A stretch of DNA of 64,000 nucleotides from contig CAWHXM010000005.1 in the NCBI GenBank assembly GCA_963833285.1, positions 579,093 to 643,092 on the forward strand, given 5' to 3'. The stretch is from an uncultured Chloroflexia bacterium. GTDB lineage: Bacteria; Chloroflexota; Limnocylindria; Limnocylindrales; CSP1-4. The position numbers and the translations under genes are program-made. The stretch's first letter is position 1. Every line of letters starts with the position of its first letter. Below the pieces are notes generated by a model. It was given only the letters and a program-made list of their open reading frames with translations, was not told the origin of the DNA and did not search any database. Positions 60,244 to 64,000 of this stretch are shown here, piece after piece.

Positions 60244-60301
60244 AGTCCGCCCGTCATCGACGCGCGGCGCCACCATCGGAACGGTCGCTACACTCGGCTC
60301 G

Positions 60302-62155
60302 ATGGATCTCCACGTCATCGGGCCACTGGCCTCGCCGGCCGAGCGGGCGGCGGTCGACGCGCTGCTCGGGCCACCCGAGTCGGGATGGGTCGGTGGCGCA
60401 CGGGACTCGCGGACGGACGGTCATGCGGCGTCCGGCGGCCACGCGACGCGCGCTCGACGCTCGCAGCTGCTGCCGGCACTCCATGCGATCCAGTCGCGGA
60501 TCGGCTGGATCAGCCAGCCCGCGCTCAACTACGTCTGCCGCCGGCTGGCCGTGGCCCCGGCCGAAGCATATGGCGTGGCCACCTTCTACGCGCTCTTCTC
60601 GACGACGCCGCGGCCGCCCGTGGCCGCCCACGTCTGTGACGACATCGCCTGCCGGCTGGCGGGTGCGGAGCGGATCTGCGACGACCTGGCACGAGCCCTC
60701 GGGCCAGCCGGGGAACCGATCCGCGACGGTCGGGCGACGTGGCTGCGCAGCCCGTGCCTGGGGCTCTGCGACCTGGCCCCGGCCGCGATGGTCACGAACG
60801 CCGGTGAGACGGCATGGACACACGCGATCGCGCCGGTCGATGCCGCCGGCGTGGCCGGCCTGCTCGAGACCGACCATCGGCCGAGCCCCCATCGCGTGAC
60901 CGACGGGGAGCCGTCGGGTGTCGGGTCCGGGCGGCTCCTGGCGCGGATCGGCGTCGTCGATCCGACCTCGCTCGACGACTTCCGGGCGTACGGCGGGTAC
61001 GACGCGCTGGTCCGCGCCCTCGAGATCGGCTCCGAGGCCGTCATCGCCGAGGTCACGGCCTCCAAGCTGATGGGCCGCGGCGGGGCGGCCTTCCCGACCG
61101 GGCGCAAGTGGGCCGCCGTGGTGTCACAAACCGCCCGCCCGCACTACCTCGTCTGCAACGCCGACGAATCCGAGCCGGGCACGTTCAAGGACCGGGTCCT
61201 CCTCGAGGGCGATCCGTTCGCCACTGTCGAGGCGATGACGATCGCGGCCTACGCCACCGGCGCGAGCCAGGGCTACCTCTACATCCGCGGCGAGTACCCC
61301 GACGCCGAGGCTCGGGTCGCCAACGCGATCGCTCGCGCCCGCGAGGCGGGTCTCCTCGGTCCGGACATCCTGGGCTCCGGCTTCGCCTTCGACATCGAGC
61401 TGCGGCGCGGTGCCGGCGCCTACATCTGCGGTGAGGAAACCGCGCTCTTCGAATCGATCGAGGGCAAGCGCGGCGAGCCACGCAACAAGCCGCCGTTCCC
61501 GGTCGAGGTCGGCCTGTTCGGGAAGCCGACCGTCGTCAACAACGTCGAGACGCTGGCCAACGTGCCGCTCATCGTGCTCGGCGGCGGCGAGGCGTTCGCC
61601 AGGATCGGCACCGAGGGCTCGACGGGACCGAAGCTGTTCTGCCTGTCCGGCCACGTCGCCCGCCCGGGCGTGTACGAGGTCGAGTTCGGCGCCACCCTCG
61701 GCGACCTCATCGAGCTCGCCGGGGGCGTACCTGGCGGCCGGGCCATCCGGACGGTCCTGCTCGGCGGCGCGGCGGGCGTCTTCGTCGGGCCGGATGCGCT
61801 CGACATGCCGCTGACGCTGGAGGCCACCCGCGCCGCCGGGGCGACGCTCGGCTCGGGCGTGATCATGGTCTTCGACGAGACCGTCGACATGGTCGACATC
61901 CTGCGCCGGATCGCCCAGTTCTTCCGCGACGAGTCGTGCGGGCAGTGCGTGCCCTGCCGCGTCGGGACCGTCCGCCAGGAGGAGCTCCTCGCCAGGCTCG
62001 CCGCCGGATCGCAGGTTCGCTCCCGCGCGGACGAGCTCGCCCTGCTGCGCGAGATCGGCCAGGTCATGCGCGACGCGTCGATCTGCGGCCTCGGCCAGAC
62101 CGCCTCGAGCGCCATCGAATCGGCGTTCCGCCAGCCGGGTATGGTGGCCCTGTGA
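60302..62155 (+). CDS. NuoE-NuoF-like fusion (NAD-dependent FDH diaphorase subunit)
   Basis: YGVATFY, CDDIAC, CLGLC; GRGGAAFPTG.KW, NADESEPG, GAGAYICGEET, ESCGQCVPCR, SICGLG. Confidence 0.92.
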   Translation: MDLHVIGPLASPAERAAVDALLGPPESGWVGGARDSRTDGHAASGGHATRARRSQLLPALHAIQSRIGWISQPALNYVCRRLAVAPAEAYGVATFYALFSTTPRPPVAAHVCDDIACRLAGAERICDDLARALGPAGEPIRDGRATWLRSPCLGLCDLAPAAMVTNAGETAWTHAIAPVDAAGVAGLLETDHRPSPHRVTDGEPSGVGSGRLLARIGVVDPTSLDDFRAYGGYDALVRALEIGSEAVIAEVTASKLMGRGGAAFPTGRKWAAVVSQTARPHYLVCNADESEPGTFKDRVLLEGDPFATVEAMTIAAYATGASQGYLYIRGEYPDAEARVANAIARAREAGLLGPDILGSGFAFDIELRRGAGAYICGEETALFESIEGKRGEPRNKPPFPVEVGLFGKPTVVNNVETLANVPLIVLGGGEAFARIGTEGSTGPKLFCLSGHVARPGVYEVEFGATLGDLIELAGGVPGGRAIRTVLLGGAAGVFVGPDALDMPLTLEATRAAGATLGSGVIMVFDETVDMVDILRRIAQFFRDESCGQCVPCRVGTVRQEELLARLAAGSQVRSRADELALLREIGQVMRDASICGLGQTASSAIESAFRQPGMVAL

Positions 62156-63198
62156 CCGATCACGCTGCGCCTCGTCCCGAGGAGGTCCCGTCGGCCCTGT
62201 CGGCCATCCTGCTGACGCCGCCCGCTCGTGCGTCGCGCCCGCCGGCTCCGCCGCCGGTCGCGGAACCCGCGGCGGTCGAGCTCACGATCGACGGCGAGCC
62301 CGTGACCGTGCCCGAGGGGACCACGATCCTGGGCGCCTGCCGCGCCCGGGGGATCGACACGCCGACGCTGTGTTACGTGGAGAACCTGACGCCGGTCAAC
62401 GTCTGCCGTGTCTGCGTCGTGGAGCTCGCCGGCTCGCGCGTCCTCGTGCCCGCCTGCTCGCGGGCGGTCGAGCCGGGGATGGTCATCCAGACCGATTCGG
62501 AGCGCGTGCGGACCTCGCGCAGGATGGTCCTCGAGTTCCTCGGCTCGTCGGTCGACCTGTCGCTCGCCGGGCCGATCGCGCCGGACGGGTCGATCGCCGC
62601 GTATGCCGAGCGGTACGGGGCGGACGCCGGGCGCTACGGACCCGCGGCGGCGCCGGCGCCGGCGGGCGAACGTGACACCCTCGCGGCCGGGCATCACCAC
62701 GCGCCCGCCGGGGACGCCGCGGCGGCGACCGTCGCCCAGCCGACGAAGATCGACAACGAGCTGTACGTCCGCGACTACTCGAAGTGCATCCTCTGCTACA
62801 AGTGCGTCGATGCGTGCGGCGTGGAGGCGCAGAACACCTTCGCGATCGCGGTCGCCGGACGGGGCTTCGACGCCCGGATCTCGACCGAACAGGCGGTGCC
62901 CCTGCCCGAATCGGCGTGCGTCTACTGCGGCAACTGCATCGGCGTCTGCCCGACCGGCGCGCTGATGTTCAAGTCCGAGTACGACATGCGCGAGGCCGGC
63001 ACCTGGGACGAGGCGGCCCAGACCCGGACCGACACGATCTGCCCGTACTGCGGCGTCGGCTGCGCGGTCACCCTCCACGCCCAGGACGACCGGATCGTCA
63101 AGGTCACCTCGCCGACCGATTCCTCGGTCACCGAGGGCCACCTGTGCATCAAGGGCCGCTTCGGCTTCGAGTTCGTGAACAACCGGCCGGAGGCCTGA
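62152..63198 (+). CDS. FDH alpha N-terminal Fe-S subunit ([2Fe-2S], 2x[4Fe-4S], Molybdop_Fe4S4)
   Basis: PTLC..CRVC..PAC; CILCYKCVDAC; CVYCGNCIGVCP; TICPYCGVGC...LCIKGRFG. Confidence 0.92.
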   Translation: MTDHAAPRPEEVPSALSAILLTPPARASRPPAPPPVAEPAAVELTIDGEPVTVPEGTTILGACRARGIDTPTLCYVENLTPVNVCRVCVVELAGSRVLVPACSRAVEPGMVIQTDSERVRTSRRMVLEFLGSSVDLSLAGPIAPDGSIAAYAERYGADAGRYGPAAAPAPAGERDTLAAGHHHAPAGDAAAATVAQPTKIDNELYVRDYSKCILCYKCVDACGVEAQNTFAIAVAGRGFDARISTEQAVPLPESACVYCGNCIGVCPTGALMFKSEYDMREAGTWDEAAQTRTDTICPYCGVGCAVTLHAQDDRIVKVTSPTDSSVTEGHLCIKGRFGFEFVNNRPEA

Positions 63199-63216
63199 TC
63201 ACGGCCGAACGGAGCG

Positions 63217-64000
63217 TCAAGCGCGGCGTCCGAGCAGGTAGTACGCCTCGGTCGATCCCTTGCCCTTGAGCTCGATCGCGCCGCGAGGCTCGAGCTCGAA
63301 GGCGTCGCCGAGCCCGGACGCGACCGCCGCGGAGACCTGGATCCGGCCGGGCGGCGCCGTCGTCTCGAGCCGGCTCGCGACATTGACCGCATCGCCCCAC
63401 AGGTCGTAGACGAACTTGCTCGTCCCGATCACGCCGGCCACGACGGGACCTCGGTGCAGCCCGATCCTGACCTGCCACGGCTCGCCCGCTGCGGCGACCG
63501 CCGCCTGCATCGCGAGCGCCAGGTCGGCGGCGGCGCGCACATGGTCACCAGTCGAGCCGGGAAGCCCGGCGGCCGCCATGTACGCGTCGCCGATGGTCTT
63601 GATCTTCTCGACACCGTGCGCCTCGCAGGACGCGTCGAATGCCGAGAACATGGCGTTCAGGGCCGACACCAGCGTCGCGACCGGCAACCGCGACGAGATC
63701 TCCGTGAACCCGACGAAGTCGCTGAAGACCACGGCCACGTCCTCGTGGCGGTCGGCGATCAGCCGCTCGCCCGCCCCGAGCCGATCGACGATGGTCTGTG
63801 GCAGGACGTTGAGCAGCAGGTCGTGCGAACGCCGCCGTTCGATGTCGAGCTCGTCCCGGATCCGCTGGAGCAGCCGCGTGTTGGTGTCGCGGATCTGTTC
63901 GACCTCGCGCAGCGTGGCCTCGACTCGGGCGACGCGGCGGGTCAGACGAGCGTTCTCCTTGCGGAGTTCGTCGGCGTGCCGCTCCGGATCGATAGCGGGC
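63217..64000 (-). CDS. Class III adenylate/guanylate cyclase (5' end beyond the window)
   Basis: LLLNVLP, FSDFVGFT, KIKTIGDAYM, YDLWGDAVNVASRLE; the frame stays open to the window edge with a coiled coil. Confidence 0.92.
   Translation of the reverse strand, partial: PAIDPERHADELRKENARLTRRVARVEATLREVEQIRDTNTRLLQRIRDELDIERRRSHDLLLNVLPQTIVDRLGAGERLIADRHEDVAVVFSDFVGFTEISSRLPVATLVSALNAMFSAFDASCEAHGVEKIKTIGDAYMAAAGLPGSTGDHVRAAADLALAMQAAVAAAGEPWQVRIGLHRGPVVAGVIGTSKFVYDLWGDAVNVASRLETTAPPGRIQVSAAVASGLGDAFELEPRGAIELKGKGSTEAYYLLGRRA

Noticed and set aside
54800-60250. Mobile element or genomic island between the FDH genes
   Set aside because: No integrase, transposase or terminal repeats found, and no obvious compositional shift; insertion is only a synteny hypothesis.

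Overview
Very GC-rich bacterial chromosomal segment. Gene content and style suggest Chloroflexota (possibly Limnocylindria-like) or an Actinobacteria-like lineage; this is inference only. I found no rRNA, CRISPR array or recognisable transposase/integrase. Contents in order: pyrG (cut by the left edge); an ECF sigma / anti-sigma-like / TolB-like trio; two adjacent type II toxin-antitoxin pairs; HAD, DMT and pseudouridine-catabolism genes; a pentose-phosphate cluster (tkt, rpiB, pgi-like, gnd, zwf, opcA, pgl) with a DoxD-Rieske fusion and a surface protein interleaved; citrate synthase; a LuxR / flavin monooxygenase / hydrolase unit; corA; GT87 and MFS genes; an SbcD/YhaN-like pair; a complete selenocysteine machinery (selD, selC, selA, selB) plus mobA; a Sec-containing formate dehydrogenase whose alpha chain is split over two genes about 7.4 kb apart, with a NuoEF-like fusion; and an adenylate cyclase cut by the right edge. 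The strongest novelty candidate is an unannotated 181-nt structured RNA at 33335-33515 (minus strand), with its own sigma70-type promoter next to four DnaA-box-like 9-mers. Other highlights are a structured leader upstream of a zinc-ribbon protein, a holin-like domain fused to a UbiB kinase, and a pervasive leaderless-promoter signature. Most long ORFs in the supplied track are antisense or off-frame shadows caused by the high GC content. All folds, alignments and domain calls were made by eye.
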